A DNA stretch of 63,571 nt, filler included, from Craspedostauros australis (taxonomy: Eukaryota), in assembly GCA_030167865.1 (NCBI GenBank). It is 12 parts of 12 records of this genome, joined end to end, with 100 filler letters (N's around TTAATTAATTAA, not from the genome) between each part and the next. Parts side by side here need not be neighbours in the genome. Positions count along the whole stretch, not along the records: positions 11,650 to 17,178 come from JALAGF010005492.1; positions 17,279 to 24,013 come from JALAGF010005493.1; 10 more parts are not named here. The stretch is one strand, 5' to 3'. Shown piece after piece: positions 12,997-24,113 of this stretch (positions are counted from its first letter, which is position 1; each line of letters opens with the position of its first letter). Below the pieces are notes generated by a model that saw only the letters and a program-made list of their open reading frames with translations, had not been told where the DNA came from and searched no databases. Made by a program: the position numbers and the translations under genes.

Positions 12997-15900
12997 ATGC
13001 AATCCAACAACGTCGGAGCCGCTCGGTTGCCTCGCGCATTGCGAGACAACAGAGCGGCGCCGCCAGCAGCGCCCAACAACGCGGCGAGGGTCCCGTCCTT
13101 CGCCGAACCCTACACCAATCCTCCTGCTGAAGATGTCACCCCTTCGGCGGACGAAACGCTGGCGCAAGCCATGGGACGTCTGTGTGTGCAACAGAAACTG
13201 ACGGTCGAGCAGGAGATCATGGGCAAACTTGGGGTTCCTCCCGAAAATCCACAACACATGAACCTCCTGTTGCAGCAACTGCGTGCACGAGTGCAGTCCA
13301 TCAGGCACAAACCGGCCTTTGACCTTGCTCTGCGACAGAATCCTGATTTCGTGAATAGTCCGCAATTCCTTGGCATGTTTTTGCGCGCAGAAAGGAACGA
13401 TGTCAACAACGCAGCAGATCGACTTGTGCGGCACTTCGAAGCCAAGCGAGAGATCTGGGGTGATGCCAAGCTCACCAAGAGGATCACCATGGACGACTTC
13501 ACCGCAGAAGAGAAACAGTTCTTCACCAAGAATGGCGGCAGCATCCAAATGTTGCCAATACGGGATCATGCGGGAAGAGCCGTGTTCTTCTCGCACGAGG
13601 GAGAACTTGCTGAAAGCCTCATGGACCAGAACCCTGAGATACACAACGTAAGTTCCGCACTTCTGCATCAGGCAATGTCTCCGATGTCCATCGATGGACG
13701 ATGTCTGTGAAGCTCATGTGCTTAGCTCATAACAGGTGTTGCAATAGGACCACGTGCATCCGCCAACGCGAAGTGCAGTTGGCATATGTTCTGGTATATG
13801 CAAGTCAATCCGCTGCTCACCCCATCTTTCCATCACTTCCTCCGACTCTGCTCCAACCCTGCTCCAACCCTGCTACATTCGTGTGTGCTCTCCTCTCTCC
13901 CAATTCCATAGACTCGCTTTCTGTGGTACCTTATCATGGCACACATGGAAGACAACGACGAAACACAGATCAATGGAATTGTGTACGTGGGATATGGAGT
14001 GGATTCCACACCCAAAGGAACCGAAGCCGAGCGCGATGTATGGTGGGCTACATGCAAGGCTCTCAACGCCATGCCCATCCGAATTACAGCCTTCCACTAC
14101 TGCTACCAGGGGGACCTGATGAAACCGTTGGTCAGCCTCGTGGCGCGGGGCCTGAGTCCCAGCCCTCGCTGCCGGATTCAACCAATCTGCGGTAAGTCAA
14201 TCCACCCATGCATGCATGTCTGCTTTAGCGTTCAACCATTCGCGCAGAGTTCGAACAGGCATCCGTTCGATTGAAGCGCAACCAAGTTCTCGCCTTTCCG
14301 CACGTTTCAAGTACACCTTCACTCACCGATCGTTCTTTGTTTGTTCGTGCTGTCCCTGCTGTTTGCTTTCAAATCGACATCACATCGCAGGAGGCCATGC
14401 CATATGCGTCGGTCACTTGAAGACGTTTGGCATCCCCGTGCGCGTCCTTCCCCTCGACGAGGACTACGCCGCATCATTCAAGCAGAGAGGCCAAAGCAAG
14501 AAGGAGCACCTTCCCATGCTGCTCAATCGCAGGGAATTCGAAAGGTTCCTGAGGCGCCGCAAGCTGGTTGAAGGGCATCTGATGGAGTACGCTCGCCGCA
14601 TCGAGCTGCTGAGACCGACCGACGTCATTGTTGGAAAGGGACAGAACCATCAGAAGCATCACGGAAACCTCGAATTCGCCAGGCTTGTGAATGAGCGCGT
14701 AGCAAAATTGGGCGCGAAGCGAAACAACAAGCAGAAGGGTGATATTGGCATGAAGGTGGCCGTTCAGATGAGGCAGAGCGGCATCCAATTCGTCCAACAG
14801 GTGGAAGAGTGTGGGATCTGGCGGCTTGCCGACTGGGAGGCAGCCGAGAACAAAGTTCGCATGCTGGTGGACCACATCATCGAGGCCAACAAGAACGAGG
14901 GCGAGGGCAAGGAGGAGGATAGTTCAACCAGCGTTGCTTCCAAGAGAACGAGAAGCATGCCACCACATCCTGGCTCATCACCAACTGCAGACAATCTTGA
15001 GACTGCCGGCATGCCTGTTGCCAACGAAGATGAGGATGAAGGCGACGAAGGCCGCGTTGCCACCACGAGCAGCCACCAAACCAGTGCGGGCAGCGACCAA
15101 GATGCCAAACCAGCCGCCAAACGAAGAGCGACACCGACAAGCGCACCCGCAACAGTTCCGGCTCCCGCTGTATCGTCGCCAGCGATGCAAGCAGCAGCCG
15201 TTGACGATGACGAAGTGCAAGTTGTCCAAGTCACCCCGGGCCCGACTTCGTCGCAGCTCACTACTTCTGCTGCCGGTGCCATTGCCCCACAAGCACAGAC
15301 TCCAACGCCATACGGAGCTGTGCCTTCTCCCAATTTCCCCCAATATCCGGCTCATCCGCGAGCTCCAACCTTTGCCGCCTACCAACAAGCGTCAATCCAA
15401 GGAAGAGGCGTGCAGATGGGTCAGGCTGGAATGCCAACAGGCATCATCCCGAACGCCCCGCAGCCGCCACAGAACCTGCAAGCGCAACAGGCGAGACCCA
15501 ACCTACAAGCGTTTGGTCAGCCCCAGCAGTTCCTGGCAGGTCCAGCCAGTGGCCTCCCCAATTTTACCATGCCTCAGAACGTTGGCTTTCGGGGCACTGG
15601 TGCCGTCCCGTTCCAGACTAGTATCGCGGGAGGGAACGTGGTCGGTGGAATGCCGGTGCCAACCAATCTAAATTCAGCTTCGGCCGCGCAACCGAATCTG
15701 ACCGCAGCCGTTGCTCCCAATACCGTCATGATCCCAACAAATGCTGGGACCCTTCCCAACCTCATGACAGGAAGTATTGGTGGAGTGACAGCATTCAACC
15801 AAGGCACACCATACATGCAGCTCCCACGGAATCTCACACCAAATCCCACCCAAAACTTCACGCAGAACATGCAAGTGCCCATGACATCCGCACAGGCACA

Positions 15901-16813
15901 ATCGCCGACAATGGTCGCCGAACAGATGGGCATGCGAATAGGGAGGCAGCTGGCCTTGGAGATGGCTATGGAAAGGGGAGTGCGGATTGGATTCAACCAA
16001 ACGATGGCGCAAGGAGCCATGCCGAACGCAAACATGGCAAACGTGAGCACCATGCATACTCCGACCATACCTCAACAAGGAATGATGTCAGCTCCAAATG
16101 TAAACGCGAATGCTGCTCCCACGACGCAGTTGCCGCAGCAACAGCCACCAATAACTGGCAGTGGTGGAGCACCGAGCGATTCTTCAACCACTCACGGACT
16201 TCAGCCGGCGTCCACTGCTTCTGACCAGTCGATAACGCCGGATTCGCAAGGATCAGAGCCAACAGTGGTCATTCCACCGACACCACCAGAGGGAACGGCA
16301 GCGGCAGCCAAGCAACCAAAGACGGCAGCTCCGACCGCACCAGAACCTCCAGCTGTCGCGCCACCCGAAGACACCCCGGAGAAGATCACAGAGCGAGACA
16401 CAGACATTTTGTTCGGCAGGAGCAGAACCTTTCACAAGCATTCGGGTAACATATACATGCACTCTCTTGTGAATGAACGCAAGCACCTCTTCGAGGCTGC
16501 AGCTAGAACCGAACGAAGACAATTCGTCACGGACGTGGTGGATGAATTGGTGGCCGAGGGGAGACGATTCTTGACTAGGCATACGAAGGACGCCGACGGA
16601 ACTTGGATCTGGGTCGAGGTTTCCAAGGAGAGGGCGGCCGAGAAGCTGGGGCATGCCTTCCGTGATAAACGCAAGGTGGTCGAGAAGGAGAAGAGTGGAA
16701 AGGCTTCCAAAGCCGGCGATGAAGATTCGGAGGCTGGAGCATCATCCAGCGGCAAGCAGATCTCAGAAGAAGCCGCTGCTGCCGAAGGCCTGGTCAACCT
16801 TAGAATGAAGTGA
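12997..16813 (+). CDS. CRAL-TRIO/Sec14-like N-terminus plus two DUF6824 domains; join(12997..13647,13912..14191,14391..16813), ~1117 aa
   Basis: GTAAGT donors at 13648 and 14192, AG acceptors at 13911 and 14390 keep frame; FLGMFLRAE..AADRLVRHF and RDHAGRAV (CRAL-TRIO-like), LKTFGIP..LP linker, two D(V/I)xxG(K/R)...HxGN...F...W...K motifs (~14610-14870, ~16395-16670). Confidence 0.85.
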
Positions 16814-17613
16814 TTGCGTCGAAGCCTTGGTCGGCCTTAGCGCGGAGTAATTGAAAAGCCACAGCATAATTGCATTCGTTATATGATTCTTGAGCTATCC
16901 AGCAGTGTGCTCTTGCGAAGGCAACCCATGACTTCAGTATGTGATGTTATTCGTATCAGCGTTGATGCTCTCGCTTGGGTTCTTCCGCGCAACAGTGCTG
17001 TTGCTGCAGACGTATTCTCTCGGTCGGGTGGAGCACCTTCCCTCCATCACATTCATGTTCCACTCGTTTGACCCTCCCAGTTGGTGGAGTCCGGTGTCTG
17101 GCACAAATGGATAGAGTACACGTAGATAGATGCATAGATAGTTGTCGCGGAGATGGTAGTAGTTGTCCTCTGAGTGGCNNNNNNNNNNNNNNNNNNNNNN
17201 NNNNNNNNNNNNNNNNNNNNNNTTAATTAATTAANNNNNNNNNNNNNNNNNNNNNNNNNNNNNNNNNNNNNNNNNNNNTCAAATGGTAAGTACTCATGGA
17301 GTAGAAGCCAGTACTGAATGAACAGAGTGTCGAATGCGGAGTACGCATCAAACACGGAGGATTGTGTAGCACGAGCACACGATGTAGAGAGAGAGAGAGA
17401 GAATACAGAGAGGAGCGAGAGAGGATCTCGCGTACCGACTCATAGTCGGAGACCGAATCTACGAAACAGATTGANNNNNNNNNNNNNNNNNNNNNNNNNN
17501 NNNNNNNNNNNNNNNNNNNNNNNNNNNNNNNNGTAATGAAATAGCAAACGAACGACTATCAACCAACACCATCTTCCACGATCGTAGGTTACCGTGAGCG
17601 GAACTTGCCAACA

Positions 17614-17854
17614 GATGCTCGTTGTTGTGGCTTTGGTTCCGTGCGTCGGCGTTTTAGCGATGGTGGGTGTCAGAAACTTGGTTATCGGAACCCCATTGGT
17701 TCCTTGACACGAATTCCGAAGATCCGCTTCAAGGTTCCGGATCTGTCTCCAAACGTGGGGTTCGGCGAAGTGTTCGTTCGATCTACTGGAATGCTGACGA
17801 ATCGGAGGATTCGTAGTCTCTCTCGCTAAGGTGGTTACTAGTTTAGCTCTATTA
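17614..17854 (-). mobile_element. 5' part of TA..TA LTR-like repeat (homologue of 28893-29132)
   Basis: Reverse complement aligns over ~240 bp with 28893 onward and starts at the same TAATAGAGC terminus. Confidence 0.85.
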
Positions 17855-18274
17855 AGAGGACAGCACATGCCTCTCCTGCGGACAAGAACATCCGCAGGTT
17901 TGGAACATCAGAAAGGATCAGAATATCCGCAGGTTTGGAACATCACCAAAGGTGACATCGATCATGAGACGACGGCGTCATGAGAATCAACGACAGAAAC
18001 ATGAGATAGGCAAGTGCTCAAGACTGCAGATCCCTACCATGCAAGCGTAGACAGCTACGACGATGCAGAGACAAGGAAGCAAGAACAGAGCATGATGAAC
18101 GAAGGGGGAAGCACCTAAGAGACAACAGGACGCCCCGTGTCGCCACCGCGACAGATGCCTGCCATGAAGATGAAATCGAAAGAGAAAGTGAGATTGTGCT
18201 CACAGTTCTAAAACGGTACAGTTTCTAACAGCAGATTAGAACTTAGTACTAACTATAACCCCGGATTTCCAACA
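17855..18274 (+). mobile_element. Right 420 bp of TG..CA element family
   Basis: Collinear with ~34648-35051; ends CCCCGGATTTCCAACA. Confidence 0.85.
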
Positions 18275-18886
18275 GACATGCATGTACCACCAAGTGCCCC
18301 ATGTCCATGCACTCATCACATTGTCTTCCCTCCAATAGTTTTGTTGGCTTAGACATTGCTGCATCACAGGCATCACTTGGATCATTCCATTTGATTGGAT
18401 CACAGTCTTCCATGTTTCACAAGAAAAACTTGGATGATTGCTTTCTCAGCTTTTCATCATTGCATTTCTACGATACCTCTCCAATACTTCACCAATGCTT
18501 CATAAATCCTTCGCTGGCTTGTCATCAGTGATTTGTTCACAATCCATCTCAGACTTTGTGACATCGGCCAGTCTCGAATACTCTTTTCTCATTCATTGCG
18601 ACATGTGGGCCGTAGTTGTGTGTATCATGATGTTGGTCATGAATCCAACATCCCTGCCCCCTGCAACATACATGTGTGATTCCCATTCCTGCATTGAGGT
18701 CATGAATGTCATGGTCTGGTTTGCATTCGGCACGTGGCATTCTCCACCGCAGGATGCATGCAGCTCACATTTTCTGTCACAAAGATCCGAAGTTGGAGGT
18801 ACGGTAATATATGGATTCTCTACACTTGGCTCCCTACTATTGGGAGATGCGGCAATGTGGTGTTTCAGAACACCCGATTCCTGACA
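18275..18886 (-). mobile_element. Left portion of another TG..CA family member in opposite orientation (inner boundary uncertain)
   Basis: tattgggagatgcggcaat...cccgattcctgaca at 18838-18886 matches 62341-62399. Confidence 0.65.
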
Positions 18887-19660
18887 GCTCTGCACCCTTC
18901 CCGTCTTCGCTGTGCAGGTGCTTGCCAAGGGAGGCGGCGGCGGCTCAAGCAGCAGGGGTGGAGCTGCGGGCAGTCACGGAGACGGTGGCTCGGCTGACCT
19001 GGCCTCGATTGGGATCATGGTGGGCATCTCAGCTGTCTTGGCAGGTATCAGCTTTGCCGTCGCCATTCGGCGGTATTGCAGTTCTCGCAATGCCGCTCCC
19101 AGATCGGCAACGGTCTCCTCCTTCGTGGACCAGAGCAAGCAGGCCAAGATCAACGTGCTGCAGAGCAGCGCCAACCATGTCGACAGTATGATCAACATCG
19201 CGGTTGCCACGCCGTGTAACGGCTGCTATAGATGCACCTACGACAAGAACGACAGTGCATATCCATCCGAGGAGCACCTGACCTTCGAACCGACCACCGT
19301 CAAGAACGCCAGTTTCGATGGCACAAACATCGACGACGAGATGGAGAAGCAGAACGCCATTGAAAGTGTCAGCGGTGGTACGACGTTGTGGAAGGTGACA
19401 GGCAAGGGTTCCGACAACGACGGCAACTTCCGTATCGACGAAGGATACATCGCCGCCAACGGCGATGCGTTCTGGGTGGAGATCTCGGAAACGATGGTGG
19501 GCTTGGAGGTGTTGGTCACGGGCCGCTTTGACTTTGTCAACGGAAAATCGATCCCGCATGTTGGGTGTGTAACAAGGGGACTGGCGGAGAGCTGTTCCAA
19601 TTCGAGTTGGATCATGCAGTGGAAGATGGCACAGTGATCACCAGCATGTCGGGCATGTAA
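18887..19660 (+). pseudogene. Single-pass membrane protein gene, 5'-truncated by element insertion and probably frameshifted at the A-run 19544-19547
   Basis: End of a signal-peptide-like stretch (LPVFAVQVLA|KGGGG), TM helix IGIMVGISAVLAGISFAVAI, beta-rich WKVTGKGSDNDGNFRIDEG..AFWVE domain; no ATG before the element end; shifted frame continues WVCNKGTGGELFQF to TAA 19660. Confidence 0.6.
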
Positions 19661-19769
19661 ATGCAAACGTGCAGCGCAGAGCGGTTCAGCTCAGTTCGGT
19701 TCGGTCCGGGGCGTGCAGACAACCACAGCGATGGCAGATAATGTTCCGTGTGGCGCTCCACCAATACAA

Positions 19770-20033
19770 GTACGTGAATGTGTACGTGAATGTGTACGTG
19801 AATGTGTACGTGAATGTGTACGTGAATGTGTACGTGAATGTGTACGTGAATGTGTACGTGAANNNNNNNNNNNNNNNNNNNNNNNNNNNNNNNNNNNNNN
19901 NNNNNNNNNNNNNNNNNNNNNNNNNNNNNNNNNNNGTGTACGTGAATGTGTACGTGAACGTGTACGTGAATGTGTACGTGAACGTGTACGTGAATGTGTA
20001 CGTGAACGTGTACGTGAATGTGTACGTGAACGT
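19770..20033. repeat. 12-bp minisatellite (TACGTGAAYGTG)n, gapped
   Basis: At least 15 visible near-perfect units; right block alternates T/C variants. Confidence 0.95.
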
Positions 20034-20559
20034 GCACGATTCATACCCGCCCACTGCACTATACTCTGTTGTACGAGCTGCTCTGCTGCGCNNNNNNNNN
20101 NNNNNNNNNNNNNNNNNNNNNNNNNNNNNNNNNNNNNNNNNTGCTCTGCTGCGCTGGATGACATGCACTTCTTCGGAGACTCATACAGTTTTGATTTTCT
20201 TTTGGCAATGGAAGACATTAAAGTATAGCAGTGTAGCATTGTGTTTGAAGTGGAGGACCATGCGCATTACACCAATAGGGAGTATCCTTTGCAAAAGTCT
20301 CCCTCTCGGGGACTTCTCCATCAAGTTGACCGACTCTTTCGTGTCCTTATCTCATCAATTTCATTCTGAATCTTGCGGCGCCTGCAGCTTCATGCTTGTA
20401 CTTGGTCATTATTTTTCGGCTATCTCGAGAGCATTACTTTCTATTGGTAGAGTGATCGATTTGGAGCCAATCTTGATCCTGTCGGTTCATCCATTTCTCG
20501 CTTCTGTGCACAACCCACCCCATCTCTTCCGCCACCTTCCCCTTCACCCTGCCACGACT

Positions 20560-22269
20560 TCAGGCCATTGTACGATTCAGCTTGTCCAAGAGATCGTCCC
20601 AAGTCGACACGCCTTTAAACAAACGATCCAGATTCACGTGACAGAATTCACGCTTCTCGTAAACGGTGCGGTGGAATGCCTCGCGGTGTGCCGCTTCACC
20701 GTCAGGAGATGCATACCACTCAGGCATCCACTTCTCCTCCAACGTCAGCGATATGTTCAGGAGCTCTTGCAATTCATCCTCCGGCGGACAATCCAGCGGG
20801 AGATCCGTGAAGGTCTTGTTCAGAACACGTTTATGATAATCCGCCAATTCGTTTGTCACGTCCATCCTGGTTCGGTTGGCTTGTGTGGCTTGGCTGATCA
20901 AACCACGCTGTGCTGCAGTGAAGACTACGTTGCTGATTTCCAACCAAAGCTTTGATCGGGAGTTGGCCTTGGTGGCCTCCTTTCGATGCTCGAGGTATTC
21001 ACATGACTTGGGAGTGTCTGGAATGGTGTCGCACAGCAGCTGCTCAGAGATGTGCCGTTTGCTGTGGAAGTTCAGGATGTGGATGGGATAGCCGCTTTCT
21101 CTCCACGCTTGGATCATTCTATCTATGAAGACGAAAGATACACCATGATTTCCCAAAAGAGTCATCATCATGGGACCATCAGCGTGCGGCTTTGAACTTC
21201 TCGTCTTCCATTCTCGAATCTTTGACCACGTGTTTGTGCATAATATTCCACGTTCCCCAGGCCAAAGAATTGAGCGCTGGCCTTCCTCTGCCCGCACCTC
21301 GAAGATTTGCTTCCAAGAGCTGAGCATCCAGTCAAAGGCGCGTCGGTAGGTGACGACCACCGATACATCCCAGTCTTTGAGGAAGTGGTGAAAGTTGTTG
21401 AAGTACGTCGGACTCTGGGATCGTGTTTTGTCATAAAAGCCGGCAAAGCCCTGGAGCTCGCTGCTGTACACCAACGAGATGTTCTGCTCTTTGGCCGCAT
21501 CAAGTACTCGTTGTGTTTCCACTAAAGGGGCTGGCAATCTCGGTGGCGGTGGCTGCCGTGGTGAACCGAATGCTGCTTGATCTGTGCTGTTCATGAGCGC
21601 TTGCTGTGCCAGCTGGTTCCTGTACTTGGAGTAAGGCGTATGCAGGACCCTGCCGTTGAACAAGCTTTCGATTGAACATAATCGCAGCCGTTGATCCGTA
21701 AATGGTTCTTTCAGGCATTCTATTCCTGAATCCCAGTAGTGGTCGCTGGCGAGGATCTGCTTGTTTCTGAGTTCCACCAGGTCCGCTTGCAGGGAGGTCG
21801 TGGCAGTCTTCGGTGGTCCGAAATGGAACACCAACCGGTTTTTCTTTTCTTTGGGAGCAGCCTTCATTGGTGGCTCTACTGGTGGCTCCGCTGGTGACGC
21901 TGTTGTCGAATCCATTCCTGATACATCTGTGCCGACGTCGGCTTGTGCGTGTTCCACAATGGGAGATGACCGCAGTCCCTCAATGATCGCAGATTCTGTC
22001 GTTGCACCACCCATTGTTGAGGATGAATACTGCCATGGTGAGATCTGCATCACGGAGAATTGGAAGGCTATGAGGGAAAATGCCACTATTGCGAGTCTCA
22101 TGGTCTTGTTCGCTGTGGTCGATCGGCGGCGACTGATTCCATCGCCATTGTTCATCTGTTTCGCCGAGGGAGTTGCGACCCTCCTATGACCGCTTGCCAA
22201 GGTAGCCTTGCGGTTGGAGCGCTTGAGTTTACCAGACTCCGCACGAATTCCACGCGAAGAGCGACCCAT
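20560..22269 (-). CDS. Type II membrane P-loop sulfotransferase-like protein (~569 aa)
   Basis: Basic N-tail, TM LAIVAFSLIAFQFSVM, stem, then VFHFGPPKTATTSLQ (5'-PSB-like), YSSE and VVVTYRR..DWMLS (3'-PB-like); intact frame; first ATG at 22269. Confidence 0.75.
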   Translation of the reverse strand: MGRSSRGIRAESGKLKRSNRKATLASGHRRVATPSAKQMNNGDGISRRRSTTANKTMRLAIVAFSLIAFQFSVMQISPWQYSSSTMGGATTESAIIEGLRSSPIVEHAQADVGTDVSGMDSTTASPAEPPVEPPMKAAPKEKKNRLVFHFGPPKTATTSLQADLVELRNKQILASDHYWDSGIECLKEPFTDQRLRLCSIESLFNGRVLHTPYSKYRNQLAQQALMNSTDQAAFGSPRQPPPPRLPAPLVETQRVLDAAKEQNISLVYSSELQGFAGFYDKTRSQSPTYFNNFHHFLKDWDVSVVVTYRRAFDWMLSSWKQIFEVRAEEGQRSILWPGERGILCTNTWSKIREWKTRSSKPHADGPMMMTLLGNHGVSFVFIDRMIQAWRESGYPIHILNFHSKRHISEQLLCDTIPDTPKSCEYLEHRKEATKANSRSKLWLEISNVVFTAAQRGLISQATQANRTRMDVTNELADYHKRVLNKTFTDLPLDCPPEDELQELLNISLTLEEKWMPEWYASPDGEAAHREAFHRTVYEKREFCHVNLDRLFKGVSTWDDLLDKLNRTMA

Positions 22270-22312
22270 CGTCAACAATTCTGCCTTGGACTTGTGAGTT
22301 GTCGATGCTCGT

Positions 22313-22383
22313 GTGGTTGGTGTTGTTGGTGTGGTTGGTGTGGTTGGTGTGGTTGGTGTGGTTGGTGTGGTTGGTGTGGTTGG
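22313..22383. repeat. 9-bp tandem repeat (GGTGTGGTT)~8 upstream of the sulfotransferase-like ATG
   Basis: Direct reading. Confidence 0.9.
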
Positions 22384-24113
22384 AGGCTCCAACGAGAGCG
22401 GCGTTCGTTGATGTGTGTCGCGTTTGTTGCGCTTGTTGTCGTTTTGCGAAAACGTTTTCACAACAGCATCACATCGCAGAACGCCCGCACAATTTCACGA
22501 GATGAACACACACGCATCGCGATGGCAATTTCGCTGCGTTTTGGTCCAATGACCTATTCCAATGACCATTCGAAAGGACCTGTCGCAACGGAGGGGTTCG
22601 TGGCTATTTTTGGCATGGCCGGCGACCCCAGCCAATCAAATGGCTTACATTTATCACCGGCACGAGCAAGCCATCCCATTGAAGGGTGAATTGAGGGGAG
22701 GTTGGGTCATTTCTCCCGAGCTTTGTTGCGCTTGGGGTTCTCATTTGGAACCGTGTGACGCAGATGATCTGTTCCCTGTCAGATCGATTCTCGTTGTGAG
22801 CGCTGACAGAGGCGGTGGGATTGGGTGGTCGGTTTCGCACGAGGAATTGTGGAACTTTGACACTTTCTCAGAAATCACGGTATGAACAAATAAACTGCAA
22901 TTTTTACGTGCAGTATCTCCGTTTGAGTATCTCGAGGCGACAAACTTCATTGTCGTAACTGAACGACGATTCCGACCGATACGTTCATGATATCGTTGCG
23001 ATGGGACTATCGTGTGCTCCGTATTGTTGTCGCTCATCGCAAGTACTACCACCATAATACCAAATCATACGAAAAAATGACAAAATTGCTTCCACGAAAT
23101 CCCAACAAAACAAGGACAGAAGTGTCCCTTTGATGTGAACGGGGACACAGCGCCATCACCACCACCCATGCCAACATCAAGACCAGGATTGGCATCGACA
23201 CAGAAAATGGTATCGACACTGTCATTGAGTCCAACTATGCAGAGGCTTGCATTAACAAAAAGGTTCAACATGCTCTGTATAGTGCTTGGAACAACTACCT
23301 GCTGAACACATTCAGCCACGCTTCCGACGATACACATCCAAAGACGCACATCCAACAATGCAGTCTCCATCCGCTTTGTTGGAGGTGATGGCAACATCAA
23401 GATCACCAGTTCTACTAGCTGCAGAGAATGTAAAACGGGGTCACGATAGCATTAGTTGTAGAGTTTTGGCCCCTTGTTGCAACTGGTTTGCTTGCTTTTG
23501 GGAGCAACGGCGATTGTACATTTAGAGATATTTCGTGTTGTTCCTCCATGATCTGTGTTCGACGTCACAGGACAGATTCGACGTCATGCGAAACCACTCA
23601 CAACACAAGATGTGAGTGCGTCTCGCAGCACGTGGCCCTTGCTCCGCGACACAACGTGATGGCTGCGCAGCACACACCAATCGCGCCGCAACACACATGG
23701 ACCACGACACAAAAATAACGGTCCTCGTCACAAAAAATCACACCACTCATCACAAAACACAAAATGCAAAACACACACCATGCCACACATCACAATCCTC
23801 CATGCCATCAAGCAGATGATGCACACACAAACACTCTAATCACAGGTGTGTCTAAAACATATAATACTACTACTTCAATTTGCAGCTACACCTCTGCTGT
23901 GTTGGCATCCTGCTCTGCTTTGTTTGTCAAGATGTACATGTGAGTATATGTCAAGATGTACGTGTATATGTGCATCGTTCACCCGCTATTCTCTCATACG
24001 CACTTGGACGGTANNNNNNNNNNNNNNNNNNNNNNNNNNNNNNNNNNNNNNNNNNNNTTAATTAATTAANNNNNNNNNNNNNNNNNNNNNNNNNNNNNNN
24101 NNNNNNNNNNNNN

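Noticed and set aside
19770..20033. Telomere
   Set aside because: Internal position with unique flanks and a unit unlike TTAGGG-type repeats
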